A stretch of DNA of 64,000 nucleotides from Paramoeba atlantica (taxonomy: Eukaryota; Protista; Discosea), in assembly GCA_977017575.1 (NCBI GenBank), contig CDRNVI010000041.1, positions 310,001 through 374,000 on the forward strand, read 5' to 3'. The notes below the pieces were generated by a model. That model was given only the letters and a program-made list of their open reading frames with translations. It did not search any database and was not told the origin of the DNA. Positions 34,041 to 45,797 of the stretch are shown here, in pieces. How positions within the stretch are numbered: the first letter of the stretch is position 1; each line of letters begins with the position of its first letter. The position numbers and the translations under genes are program-made.

Positions 34041-34428
34041 ATGCCCCGCGGCGTGGATTTCTAATAGTCCACGTTTGGAAATTTAGCCGCGGGGCAGGGA
34101 GTTGTTTATGCCTGCTTGGCCCTTCGGGGCACATAATTTCTTCAAATTATGATTTGTTTCAAATAGTGTTGTAATTTCATTATTCATTCTTTATATTCTT
34201 GGTAGGCTATTTTTTCTACTTACGTTTCAAAAGTTTTTGTGCCCGCCCACCGAGCCCCCAGCCATTTGGTCGAGGGTTCCGGTGGGGGGAACCACGTTAA
34301 CAGAGTGACAGTGACATATATGTTTGCAGGCCTAAAATTGTCGTGAGAACATATTATTTACAGTTTAATGTTGATGTTATGTTTTGAGATTGGGAAATAG
34401 GGCTTGTGAGCAATCAGATACATTTTAG

Positions 34429-36522
34429 TTGTTTCTTTGTTTACTATTCGATACATGTTATTTATTATGCCCAGCGGCGTGGATTTCCTTACCGGCCGTA
34501 CCTCTACGCGATAGTGGCTGGCCCGGGGACACCCGAACTGGCTCAGTTTGTGGGAAGTTTGAGACCAGGCCAACGCCTGTGTTACACGACGGTCCGGGAG
34601 ATGGACCACAGGATAAATCAGCTTCTCGGTCCGGGGTATGGAACGCATTCCACAAAAAGAGGTGCAATAACTTGCCTGTTTCACGAGATCTCCCTCGGGA
34701 ATCTCAGGATGGAGGACGTCCAGAACCTCACGAAACACCTCAACGTCGAATCACTGTTGCGCTACAACGCAAGCAGTATTACAACGGCAAGGGCTCTCGG
34801 GACGCAGAGAGTCTCAGTACTTCTCCCAGTGCTGTAACCTCGGAGCACGTGGCAAAGTGCTTCGAGGAAGTGCCTTACCTTCGCAGGCACTCCGTTGTTT
34901 GTGCACGCCGCTCTTCACGGCTAGCCAAGGCACACGACGCTCACCTACCTTTGCACGTTAAGAAGTCGATACCTGTTATCCATATGGATCAGGTTAAGGA
35001 GTGGATGAGTCTGTCAGCTGCCACTCGTTTTCGCAAGGTAGTGGATGAACTATTATGGGTACCTAAAGCCCCGTACCCCGAACCTAGTGTGAAAGGTTCG
35101 TTGCCTGAGGCGGACGTCCGATTGTTGGAGGACGCAGGCATAATCTCTAAGGTCCCGGCGCAGGAGTTGAGAAAGCGCCCATCTGTGCAGTTCATGATTC
35201 CCTTCACGGTTGTGGAGACCGATGATGAGGGCAATCAGCGCAGAAGATTTATTTCATGGACAAGGGACGATAACGATAGATTAAAATCATATGAACCAAA
35301 GGTCCCATTATATCATCCCTCCAAGTATCTTCATAAGGCGCATGAGCCGATGGCTGTGAAGCGGGACTTCACATGCGGGTTTTACCAGATTGGTATCCCG
35401 AAGAGGGCGCGGCCCAAATTCCGCCTTAGAACGACCAGTGGAGACGTGTATGAGATGAACGTCCTCCCGATGGGCCATAGGTGTGCACCGGAGGTTATGC
35501 ACACGGTTACCGCCGCGATTGCTGGCGAGGCGTCGATTTGTTCTCAGCGCTACTCGTTTCACCGAGGCGCTATCGACGTTTATGTTGACGGAGTTCGGTT
35601 TGCAGGAACCGACTCCGAGGCCACCACGTACGCTCAGTTCATTGACGAGCGTTGCGACAAAGCGAACGGTCTTTTCAAAGATCGGGGTCAGCCCCCTGTA
35701 GCACAGTACGTGTTCAATGGGGTGGCGTTCGACCATAACGCGCATACGGTCTGCCTGGGGCCGCGAGTGATCAGGAAACTGAGAGCCGACTCTTTCTTCA
35801 ACATTTCCTTTGTTGACCTAGAGGCGGTGGTGGGGCGCCTCATTTATGGCTCCGCAGTTCTCCGACTCAATATGCCGCGATTTTATTTCGCTTTGAAGGT
35901 GGCGCAACGGCGTATCAACTTGTTGAACCGTTGCCCGAAGTTATGTGACCGTCCGGTCGCACTCCCTGTCGTCACTCGCTCCATGCTAGCAGAGTGGAGA
36001 AACGAGTTGTTGGAGAATGTTCCACGGTCTCCACCTCCCCATCCCGATGTTGTTCCACACAAGCATCGTCTCTACACCGATGCCTCGGTGAAAGGATGGG
36101 GAGCGATTATGTATTTAGACAGCGGAGAGGTTTTGATTACGGGAGAGGCGTGGCCTGAGTCATCCTCGTATGAGGTGAATCGTGCGGAAGCTGCAGCAGT
36201 CCGCTTAGCCCTCGAGAAGTTTTCCGCGCATTGCCCCCGTGGAACCTGCTTGGATGTTTTTGTTGATAACACCTCCTGTCAGGCTGCACTGAACAGGATG
36301 ATCTCCAAGTCAGAGGGGGTTTCAATGGAATTGCGCGAAGTCCTGCGACTGACAGAGGAGAAAGGTATTTGTGTGAAGGCAGCGTATATATCCACGGATG
36401 AGAACCCGGCGGATGCTGTCAGTCGCGGGAAGGAGATTGAGATGGAGAAGGTCGAGAGATACGAAGGTAAGATCGAGAGAGACATTAGTAAGGTAGGCAG
36501 TCATATTCAGAGAAAGCCCTAA
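34429..36522 (+). CDS. DIRS/TATE-type reverse transcriptase + RNase H (true start lies downstream of the ORF-finder start)
   Basis: RRRFISW, KRDFTCGFYQI, LPMGHRCAPEVMH, YVDG, FNGV; RNase H YTDASVKGWGA, NRAEAAAV, FVDNTS, NPADAVSR. Confidence 0.85.
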   Translation: MFLCLLFDTCYLLCPAAWISLPAVPLRDSGWPGDTRTGSVCGKFETRPTPVLHDGPGDGPQDKSASRSGVWNAFHKKRCNNLPVSRDLPRESQDGGRPEPHETPQRRITVALQRKQYYNGKGSRDAESLSTSPSAVTSEHVAKCFEEVPYLRRHSVVCARRSSRLAKAHDAHLPLHVKKSIPVIHMDQVKEWMSLSAATRFRKVVDELLWVPKAPYPEPSVKGSLPEADVRLLEDAGIISKVPAQELRKRPSVQFMIPFTVVETDDEGNQRRRFISWTRDDNDRLKSYEPKVPLYHPSKYLHKAHEPMAVKRDFTCGFYQIGIPKRARPKFRLRTTSGDVYEMNVLPMGHRCAPEVMHTVTAAIAGEASICSQRYSFHRGAIDVYVDGVRFAGTDSEATTYAQFIDERCDKANGLFKDRGQPPVAQYVFNGVAFDHNAHTVCLGPRVIRKLRADSFFNISFVDLEAVVGRLIYGSAVLRLNMPRFYFALKVAQRRINLLNRCPKLCDRPVALPVVTRSMLAEWRNELLENVPRSPPPHPDVVPHKHRLYTDASVKGWGAIMYLDSGEVLITGEAWPESSSYEVNRAEAAAVRLALEKFSAHCPRGTCLDVFVDNTSCQAALNRMISKSEGVSMELREVLRLTEEKGICVKAAYISTDENPADAVSRGKEIEMEKVERYEGKIERDISKVGSHIQRKP
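34466..34837 (+). pseudogene. C-terminal fragment of a tyrosine recombinase (TATE/VIPER/DIRS type)
   Basis: GTHSTKRGAIT (HxxR/K-type box), TKH...LLRY (catalytic H and Y) and ARALGTQ; overlaps the RT frame as in DIRS-order elements. Confidence 0.7.
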
Positions 36523-36657
36523 GGGACAGGATCACCAAATACAAAAAAAAACAAGACAAGAAAAAAAGAAAAAAAACAAAGACAAAAAAAAAAAAAAAAA
36601 AAAGCGGACGGGGTCCTGGGGTATGGAGGTTGTCCCTATAATTTTGGAAGGTTATGG

Positions 36658-38762
36658 ATGTTAATCGCTCACAGTGTACGCAAACGTCTGACTCGTTGCA
36701 GAATCATTGCTCTAGCCAAACCGAACAGCGGCGTAAGACCTGCAGCGATGGGGGATACCATAATTAAAATATGTGGCACAATTCTTCTTCAGCGTCATGA
36801 GGCTGCGCTAAAATCGCTCTTCCAACCTATCCAGCGAGGGATCTTGCAGAAGAATGCCTGTGAATCAATTGTACACGAGTTACTTTCTGAGTATGAAGCT
36901 GGAAATACGGTGCTCACCATTGACTTCAAAAACGCGTATAATACACCTCATCGAACAGCAATAGAAAGAGCTCTAACTCAATATCCCATCTTCAAACATT
37001 TCATGCGGATTTTTTATTTGGAATATGGCCAGCCAACCGAACTTCCCTTCTTTGCTAACAACTCGCTGCATTCAGTCATAGAAAGCTCCTCTGGGGTTCG
37101 GCAAGGATCCGCGCTGTCATCGCTTTATTTCTGCGCTGTGTTGCATGGAGCTTTGAAAGAAGTAGCTGATGCTTACCCCGAGGTCACCGTACGCGCGTAC
37201 CAGGATGATGTAACGATGTGTTCTAAAAACGAGGCATCTCTCGAGGTTGCATTCTTGCATTTCAAAGAGCTTACGAGCGATCTGAACTTAGAAATAAACT
37301 ACCGCAAATGCGAAATTTTTCAAGGATCCAGGGCATTACACATCAAAGATTCCTCTCTTCGGGAACTTGGGGTTCAAGACTGCGTAGATACAATCAAAGT
37401 GCTCGGAGGATACATAGGCAACAACAAAGCCGTAGAACGCAAACTTCTCGAAAAATTGGAGAAGCATAACTGTCTGTTTCGAAGACTCAGCCGCATGGGG
37501 CCAAGTAATCTTTCCCTCGCAATTTTAAAGCGTTGCACGATACCGCGCCACGATTATCACCTGCGAGTACATAAACCGGGCGCATCACTCCTTCTAGCTC
37601 AGACTTTTGACAAAGAGATCCAACAAGTCTTAAGAAAGTGGTGCGATGCTGACGAAGATGCCTTAGCACTTGCCTCTTTGCCGTGCAAAATGGGAGGATT
37701 GGGAATAACCTCCACAGTTCTGAAACATCGCTATCTTTTTGAAGCTTCCCGTCAATCTATTGATGAGCATTTCAACCCATATGAAGCTCCGATAGAAAAC
37801 TCTGAGAAGCAACAAAAAGGCAACAAGACCACAGGGACACAAGGAGTACGCACGGCACTGAAGAAACTAGTCAATGACGAGCACGAAAAACTTGCGGCAG
37901 AGCTGAAAACAAAACCACGTTTCAGTGGAGTTATGAAGCGCTCGAAGGAAGCAAATTTTCATCTCCTCTCGACCAACAACTACGTAAACCCTTACCTCTT
38001 CCAGCAAACGCTCAAGATGAGGCTGGCCGTCAGTCTCCCTTCTTCGAGTAATATCTCCTGTCCTGGATGCGGGGTCAGTGAATCGCCCTCCGGAATATTT
38101 CCACACGTTGCAGGTTGCTCGAAATGTGCTGGGATGAACTGTACGAGAAAACACTCACACATTGTTCGATACCTTTCAAATCTATGTGGAAAAGCTGGAC
38201 TCCCATGTGCGTTGGAACCGCGTCTGTATTCATCGTTCTTTTGCACGAAGTGTAAGTGCTCTATTTCACCAGAAGCAGCGGAGAAAAAAAAAAAGCTTAA
38301 GGATCTACACCCGGAGGGATAACGTCAAAAAAAAAGAAAGCTATCGGACACCCATGCAGAGCTCGTCGTATACGTTCGGGCCCCGATCTGGCCATAATGT
38401 GGCCAGATATTGGAGAAGTCCTCTACGATGTCACAGTCGTACACACACTCTGCAGCAGCTACCAGAAACAGTCCAGCAAAGCCCTTCTAGAGAGTGCCAT
38501 AGAAAGAAAACATCGAAAATACATAGTGGAGAAAGGAGTGGATCCAAACTATTTTCGATGCATAGAGCTAACTGATTGTGGAATGCTGCACGAAAATACG
38601 AAGGAGCTGATTAAAGACCTCTCGAAACGCGCTGACTTAGACCCCAAAGTGATACGGGAAGCCTTCCAATTGGAAAACGAAAAGTTCGCAGCATACACAA
38701 TCGTGTCGCAGCTGCGAAATCACATCAAGGGCGAAAAGTGGCTAGGAGGCCTCAGACTCTGA
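36658..38762 (+). pseudogene. 5'-truncated clade-2 CRE-like RT-REL, family G, disrupted at about 38283-38338
   Basis: IDFKNAYN, GVRQGSALSSLYF, AYQDDV, GGLGI, CPGC, KH, EPR, SGPDL, YDVTVVH; poly(A)-bounded micro-insertion breaks the frame. Confidence 0.88.
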
Positions 38763-38887
38763 ATGTAGTCGGTTTTCGCGACTCTCCGACAGCACTCCCA
38801 TCTTATGCCTTTTACTTTACGACCTGTGCCTCCGAAATGTGGTCGTTCTGGGGTTTGGAGGTTGTCCCTATAATTTTGGAAGGTTAT

Positions 38888-39170
38888 GGGTGTTAATCGG
38901 TTAACAGCTCTTTATTCTCACTCCTTGTTTTTTCGGAAGCAAGGTTCCCCAATGTGAGGTAGGGATGAGTAAAGGTTTCCTTTGCACTACGGTTAGCGCC
39001 TTAATGTTTTTAGCCGCGTCACTGTTGACACGGCCCTACGCATCACGCCTAGTTGCTCCACACTTCTAGGTACACAAGTTGGTCTAGGGCAGAGGATAAA
39101 AACGTAACCTGCGTAGCTCGTGTGAGCTTGTAAAGGGCGTGGCAGTGGACTGGTCATCTATTGCTATCGT
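38888..39170 (+). ncRNA. G-type homolog of the 3' RNA module in the family G 3' UTR
   Basis: GGGTGTTAATCG (38888) pairs with CGGTTAGCGCCT (38990) using G-U pairs; same internal motifs as 29611. Confidence 0.7.
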
Positions 39171-39479
39171 TATCCTTTTGTGAGTTCTGGGATGGTATAT
39201 AAAAAATGATTTTACTATGTGATTGGGCATTTCTTTTGTTTATTTATATTGATTGTGTGACGTGTGTGTGGGCAGGTTGGCCGAGGGTTCCGGTGGGGGG
39301 GAACCCCGTTAACAACGTGACATATGATTTTTTGGTTTTATGCAGGCTTTCTTTTGAACGAGGTATAAGCGTGTGAATTCTATCTACTATACGTTCTTGG
39401 ATTTCGGGACGATTTCGATGTGTGATTATATTAGTCATAGTTGTTTACTTATATTTGTTTGTTTACGTATATGTTTTCA

Positions 39480-39765
39480 TGGAGCCCAGCTTCTTACAGA
39501 TGCAATCAAGCGCAAACGGGATACATATGTGACATCCGGAAAAATTCCCGACTTCGCATTTCAGTGCATCCCAGTGCTGTCCTGCGGCTCTCTTCATCAA
39601 AATACGAGATCTCTGTTGCATGTCCTATCCGACGCGGCACTCTTAAATCGTCGAGCAACTGAAATGGAGTTCAAGCTTCTACTTCAGGAACTGAATGGGA
39701 CGGAAGTGTACGCCCAGTTGCGGAACCACTTATCCCCGGAAGGCAGCAGCAGGTACAGCATTTGA
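39480..39765 (+). pseudogene. C-terminal REL fragment of clade-2 family K
   Basis: DAIKRKRDTYVTSGKIPDFAFQCIPVLSCGSLHQNTR is homologous to the family J C-terminus. Confidence 0.8.
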
Positions 39766-40269
39766 GCCAAATGTATCAACATAGTTTCGTTTTTCAATGC
39801 CTATATGTATTATTATATACATAGTATTTATAAGAACACCATTTTTATAATAATTTTCCTCCGGGACATTTGACTGTTTTATGTAGTACGAAAACTAAAT
39901 ATAATATGATATATTGACCTACAGCTATCACAGACTTTATTTGTTTTCGTAGAGCATGTCCCTGACGGTGCCTGTTTGCTGGACCGTGTTTCAGCAACGC
40001 AAATTGGCGTGAGGAAGACGAGTTTGTCAATTCCCCTGCGCTTTTCAGCACTTTACGTGTTGGACGCGTTGAAAAGGGTTATTTTCTGACCAATCACCGC
40101 AACGACCGAACGCGACAACGAAACGGCTCACGTACGAAGTTGCTTAACAGTGGGCCACTGGTTCGCGAGGTCTGAAATCAAGCTGTGTTTTGTGAGATGA
40201 AGCAGATTGCTTCTTTGTAGAGCCTCGATGGGGATGTTTTGGAGTAATGGCGGATGCCCCCTTGTTCTA

Positions 40270-40983
40270 TTCTATTCTATGACCCACATACCTGGATGCG
40301 TACGCTGTTCTGGAATTAACGCGACAACCAAACATAATTCTCTGACGAGATATATTTATGAGTTATGTCTGAAAGCAGGTCTGCCATGCGCCCGTGAGCC
40401 CAGAGAATTTACCTCTTACACTTGCTCTGCATGTTCACAAGTGTTAAGCGAAGAAAACAAGATCGAGCACGCGAAATTATGTCGGGGTGCAGCATTGCAC
40501 CGATCAGGCCCTGACCTTGTGATATATTGGGCTTCTGGCGCGACGTACTATGACCTAACCGTGGTACATGAGCTATCACCTTCTTATGAAAGGGTATCAG
40601 CACAAAAGGCGTTGCAGGACGCCATCGCTCGGAAGCATGCGAAATATGTAAAATCAACTATGTTGCGAAATGATCAATTTCAATGCCTCCCTATATTGTC
40701 CTGCGGGGCTCTCCACAATAACACAAAATCTCTACTACAGCTCCCGGCGGAAAAGGTCTACCGCGAACCCAAGGCGATTCTGAATGATTTTGTGCTTCTT
40801 CAACAGGAATTGAATGGAGCGATAGTCCAGGCACAATTGCGTAGCTACTTACCGGATCCGAAAGATGAGTATGCTTATTAGAGTCGAGTCCGAGTCTGGA
40901 CTTATTTGGTGGATAAGGTAGTAATAGGAAGAAGTGGAAAAGGTAGGAGGATAAATTAGGAATACGAAAAAAAAAAAAAAAAA
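40270..40983 (+). mobile_element. 3' fragment of clade-2 family H with poly(A)
   Basis: Near-identical to 44858-45556. Confidence 0.85.
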
Positions 40984-41312
40984 CTATTTGACACCCATTT
41001 GGCCTTGACAGGCTGTGGGTCCTCTACCGTCCACGCGAGGGGGCCCGACGGCTCGGATGTTACTCCGATGCGTACGACCGGTCCTTGCGGACCGGCGGGC
41101 GAGCCAGCCGTAGAAAGCCACGGCTGGCACTTCACTTAGGACGGGAGTCGGAGACGCAGCGTGGCTAGGCCACACACTGACCAGCGGTCCCTACGAGAGG
41201 GGCAACCAATCCTCCGCGCGCCTTCAAAGAAGGTGGTACAAAACGTTTAATTTAAAGTTATTGAATTCCAGATGCCCTACGTTTCCTTTTTCGAGCCCAC
41301 GTCCCGTCTTCT

Positions 41313-43868
41313 TTGTGGTTCTTTATAGCTTGGGCCCACCTATTTCTGTTCTGGGCCATCGTCTTCCTCGTTCAGTTGGAGTGCCAAAATTTAGAGAAGA
41401 ACTTTAAGAAGCGACCGCGAGGATCCTGGAGGATGGTTAAGGAGGTTATAGGGGATGAAAGGACAGCTATTCATGTACAAGGAAAGTCTGTCAAAGATAA
41501 GCTTGAAACGCTGAAAACGCACTTTGCAGCAAACTATTGCCCAGTGAAAGAAAACTCGTCCACAGACTTTGAACAAGTTAAGGGTATTAAAATATGTGAT
41601 GACCCTTTTTTGTTCGAGGAGCTGTTGGCAGCGCAGAAGCAAATCGCTCGAAGGAAAGCCACTGGTTCTGACGATATCCCGATAGAAGCATACTGCGCGC
41701 TAACCGAGCACGACGAGTTATCCAGGACATTATTACGTTTGATCAACTCGGTGTACTTAAAGGGATATACGCCGGACTCGTGGCGCGAAATACTTCATGT
41801 GCCAATTCCGAAAAAAGGTGATCTCTCTCAGCTGAAAAACTGGCGTGCTATCTGTTTGACGAATCACATAGCCAAATTGGTGAACTACATGATTTTGAAT
41901 AGATTACAACCAGAAATCGAACCAAGACTGCGTAATGCACAGTTTGGCTTCCGACCCTTTCGATCGACAGTTGGTGCACAAGCGATTCTAACAGAAGTAT
42001 TCGGAAAGGCATCTCGGCATGCACATGATCTTTTCTTGGGATTCATCGATTTTCAGAGCGCGTTTCCCTCGATATCACATGACGCCATCAAAAAAGCACT
42101 GGATGCTTTTGCAGTGCCGCCAATGCTGAGGCAGATGATTCTTGCGTCGTACAATGCGCCCTCTGGGTACGTCCGTGTCGATTTCGGGGAAACAGATCAT
42201 TTTGACATCTCCTCTGGAGTGCTTCAAGGTGATGTCCTTGCCCCGTTTCTTTTTATAATGTGTCTGGACAGAATACTCGAGCGAGCAATGCAGAATTCGG
42301 AATTCGGGATCACACTTCGACGTATTGGAACTAAAAGCCGAGGTATGCAGGAAATCAAATTGACAGACATTGACTACGCCGACGACATCGTGTTCTTTTC
42401 CAATACGAAGGAAACTCTCGAGGCTATGATTCTAGCATTGATCAAAGAAGCAGGGAAAGCGGGGATGAAATTAAATGTAGGTCCAATGAAAACAGCGTGG
42501 ATGGTTGTTGGGCGAACAGCTAGGAAGCAAGAAGGACGTATTATCCTACCAGAGTTGGGTCTTGTACCGCGAGTCGAATCCTACCGCTACCTAGGGCACA
42601 TGATGAGCGCCTACGCGACATCGGCAACGCTGAAAAACCGAATAAAGCTAGCATAGATGGCGTTTCACCGATTGAAACCACTATGGAACAATGGTCTAAA
42701 CGTTATCCTTCGTCTTCGTATTTTCAATGCGATGGTGAGCTCCGTCCTTTCATATGGGTGCGCAACTCTCACGCCGAGTAAAACAGAGCTTAAATCAGCA
42801 GATATAGAAGTCAACAAAATGAGGAGGCTGGCTACAGGAACTCCTTTGTGGGATGGACACAAATCAATCCCAACGAAGGCTCTCTATCGAGGAGGCTTGA
42901 TGTTTTCGACTGTAGTGAAAGTAAGCAGAGTCAAACTTGTAGGACACCTTCTAAGACATGACACTCCGTTTTATGACGTTATGATGTGGAACAAGGACCC
43001 CAATTCACGCGTAAAATCACTATCTGAAGCGTGCGCGGAGGACCTGGGCATTGAAATCGAACACTTATGGGAACAGGCCCAAGATCGTACAGCATGGCGT
43101 ATGCTGGTTGAAGGCTTAAGGGAGAACCTTGAACCTACCGCACGTTACGTACCTGTGTCAATAAAAAAGCGAGAAATAGAACAAATCTTACTCTCAAACG
43201 CGAGCGCGATGGAAAAGTGGGAATCTTTGCAGTTTTTCGAAGAGGGATCGACGTTATGGCCCGATTATGGGCTCTTGCACATGTATTGTGATGGGTCATC
43301 ACAACGTAAATTCAACCAAATAGTCGCGGGAGCTGCGGTAGCTGTGGCACAGAACGGGTATGTTGCCTTTTCGAAGAAACAATCATTGCAAAAGGCGGAC
43401 GCCACATCCATCAGATCAGAGCTTCACGCATTTTTTCTTGCACTGCAAATCGGGGAGGGTAAGCAAGAATCCTTCGTTGTGCATGTCGATTCGGAGTACG
43501 TCTGGAACTTTTGGCACAAAGTACGTGTACCGTATCAGTTGGGTAAATACGCAGACTGGGAAAATGCAGATTTGCTTGAACGTATTTCCAGCTTGGCCCG
43601 TTCGATTTTGAAGAAATACAAGATTTTCGTAGTGAAAGTTCGAGCTCATAGCGGAAACTTTATGAATGAACTCGTGGACAAACTAGCGAACGAGGCAGAA
43701 GTCGAACTCGTGCGTGAACCAGTGAATCCCTCAACCACAGCGTGTAGAGTTATAAATTCTACGGCCGAATGCGGCCATAAGTGCCGTGATAAGGCCTCAT
43801 GTCTACATTCCTGTTGTAAGCGGCATTTAGGAGTAGCGAAGGATAATGTCAACATTTCTTTGTCATAA
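41313..43868 (+). pseudogene. RTE/ingi-like LINE RT + RNase H, one in-frame TAG, no visible AP endonuclease
   Basis: PIPKKGD...WRAICL, QFGFR, FIDFQSAF, GVLQGDVLAPFLF, YADD, YRYLG. TAG at 42654-42656 replaces the W of RI..AW.AF. RNase H CDGS, SELHA, DSEYV, KVRAHSGN.MNELVDKLA; (ATT)n tail at about 43905-43928. Confidence 0.87.
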
Positions 43869-44039
43869 TAGTCGAACACTTAGCCACTTAGTCAGAAAGT
43901 GGTATATTATTATTATTATTATTATTATCGTCTTCCACAGTTGTGGTGGTATTCCTGACCTTTCACACGCTTTTTCTACGGCTTGAACGTAAGGAGGATT
44001 TGTCAGTGAATGTAAGGAGGATTTGTCCGACTGCAGGGA

Positions 44040-45556
44040 CTGCTAGAACAAAGAAAGGTCCAACTGGCGCGCAACAAATGTATATTTTTTCAAGGAAAGA
44101 GCGGATCTGACATACCTGAAGATTTATTGCAAGCGGGAGTGAAGAAGGAAACGATTGCAATAAAAATATTAGGTGCCTTTATCGGAGAAGATATGCCTGT
44201 GAGCGAACTTTTGATGCAAAAGCTGGAGAAGCACAAAAATATATTTCGCCGGCTCCAAAAAATGGGGGCGAGCAATTTTTCATCCCTGATTTTGTCCAAG
44301 AGCGTTAACGTTCGTCATAGGTTTCACATTAGAGTCCACAAGCCTCAAGCTACCGAAAAAATTGCGTCGGAATTCGACACGGAGGTCGATAGAGTCTTAA
44401 AGTCGTGGTTTGGCAAACTATCGGATATGCAACTGAAGTGGGCCAGAATGCCGCTGAAAATGGGAGGTTTCGGCCTTTCATCAACTTATGCACTACGGGA
44501 AAATTCATATGCAGCTTCTCGTCACGCATCCTTAGAGCGCCGAAAAGTATATTCAGCTCAGGATGGGAGACACTTGGGGATGTCGATCTCGAGGGTAGTG
44601 CCGGACGAAGAAGGGGCAGTAGATCTCAAGTTGCACAAACAAGTGAAAGAAGAGCTGTGTAAAGATCCCAAAATCGGTAGAATTATATCAGCGACGTCCA
44701 GAAAAGGAAGCTACCAATGGATACACGCCACCGAAAGATACATCCCTCCAATGCAATTTACGCTTTCTGTGATGCCAAGGCTTGGTATTCGTCATCCCAA
44801 ACTTCCCGACTCTCTACTGTGCCCAGGTTGCAGGACTCTATTAGATGCAGCTAGCGCTATGACCCACATACCTGGATGCGTACGCTGTTCTGGAATTAAC
44901 GCGACAACCAAACATAATTCTCTGACGAGATATATTTATGAGTTATGTCTGAAAGCAGGTCTGCCATGCGCCCGTGAGCCCAGAGAATTTACCTCTTACA
45001 CTTGCTCTGCATGTTCACAAGTGTTAAGCGAAGAAAACAAGATCGAGCACGCGAAATTATGTCGGGGTGCAGCATTGCACCGATCAGGCCCTGACCTTGT
45101 GATATATTGGGCTTCTGGCGCGACGTACTATGACCTAACCGTGGTACATGAGCTATCACCTTCTTATGAAAGGGTATCAGCACAAAAGGCGTTGCAGGAC
45201 GCCATCGCTCGGAAGCATGCGAAATATGTAAAATCAACTATGTTGCGAAATGATCAATTTCAATGCCTCCCTATATTGTCCTGCGGGGCTCTCCACAATA
45301 ACACAAAATCTCTACTACAGCTCCTGGCGGAAAAGGTCTACCGCGAACCCAAGGCGATTCTGAATGATTTTGTGCTTCTTCAACAGGAATTGAATGGAGC
45401 GATAGTTCAGGCGCAATTGCGTAGCTACTTACCGGATCCGAAAGATGAGTATGCTTATTAGAGTCGAGTCCGAGTCTGGACTTATTTGGTGGATAAGGTA
45501 GTAATAGGAAGAAGTGGAAAAGGTAGGAGGATAAATTAGGAATACGAAAAAAAAAA
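44040..45556 (+). mobile_element. 5'-truncated clade-2 family H element
   Basis: Open frame to 45461 (GGFGL, CPGC, KHN, EPR, SGPDL, YDLTVVH); purine-rich tail; poly(A). Confidence 0.87.
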
Positions 45557-45716
45557 GCTTAAGGATCTACACCCGGAGGGATAACGTCATTAGTTCCCTT
45601 GCTCTTCAGAAGAACACCGAAAGGTTTAAAAAAAAAAAAAAAAGATGACGAAGTAAAAAATGTATTTGATAGATTACGAGAGGAAAAAAAAAAAAAAAAA
45701 AAAAAACGATAAAGAT

Positions 45717-45752
45717 CTTTAACGATAAAGATACAGTTTCTGTACCTTGTTG
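45717..45752 (+). other. SL exon (nt 7-42) at the head of element C, preceded by a duplicated CGATAAAGAT
   Basis: poly(A)-CGATAAAGAT-CTTTAACGATAAAGATACAGTTTCTGTACCTTGTTG. Confidence 0.85.
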
Positions 45753-45797
45753 AATTATTTTTATTAATTTGTTCTTTGTTACCCGGGTCGCGATCCC

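Noticed and set aside
34040-34490. 21-nt near-match TATGCCC(C/A)GCGGCGTGGATTTC at 34040 and at the TATE 5' junction (about 34466)
   Set aside because: A real similarity, but I cannot tell junction microhomology from chance or a short capture
42654-42656. Programmed read-through or stop-codon reassignment at in-frame stops (also 1373, 7682, 10898)
   Set aside because: The stops replace different residues (Trp, Cys, Ser), one is a sense codon in a sister copy, and intact ORFs use normal stops; these are single mutations or sequencing errors
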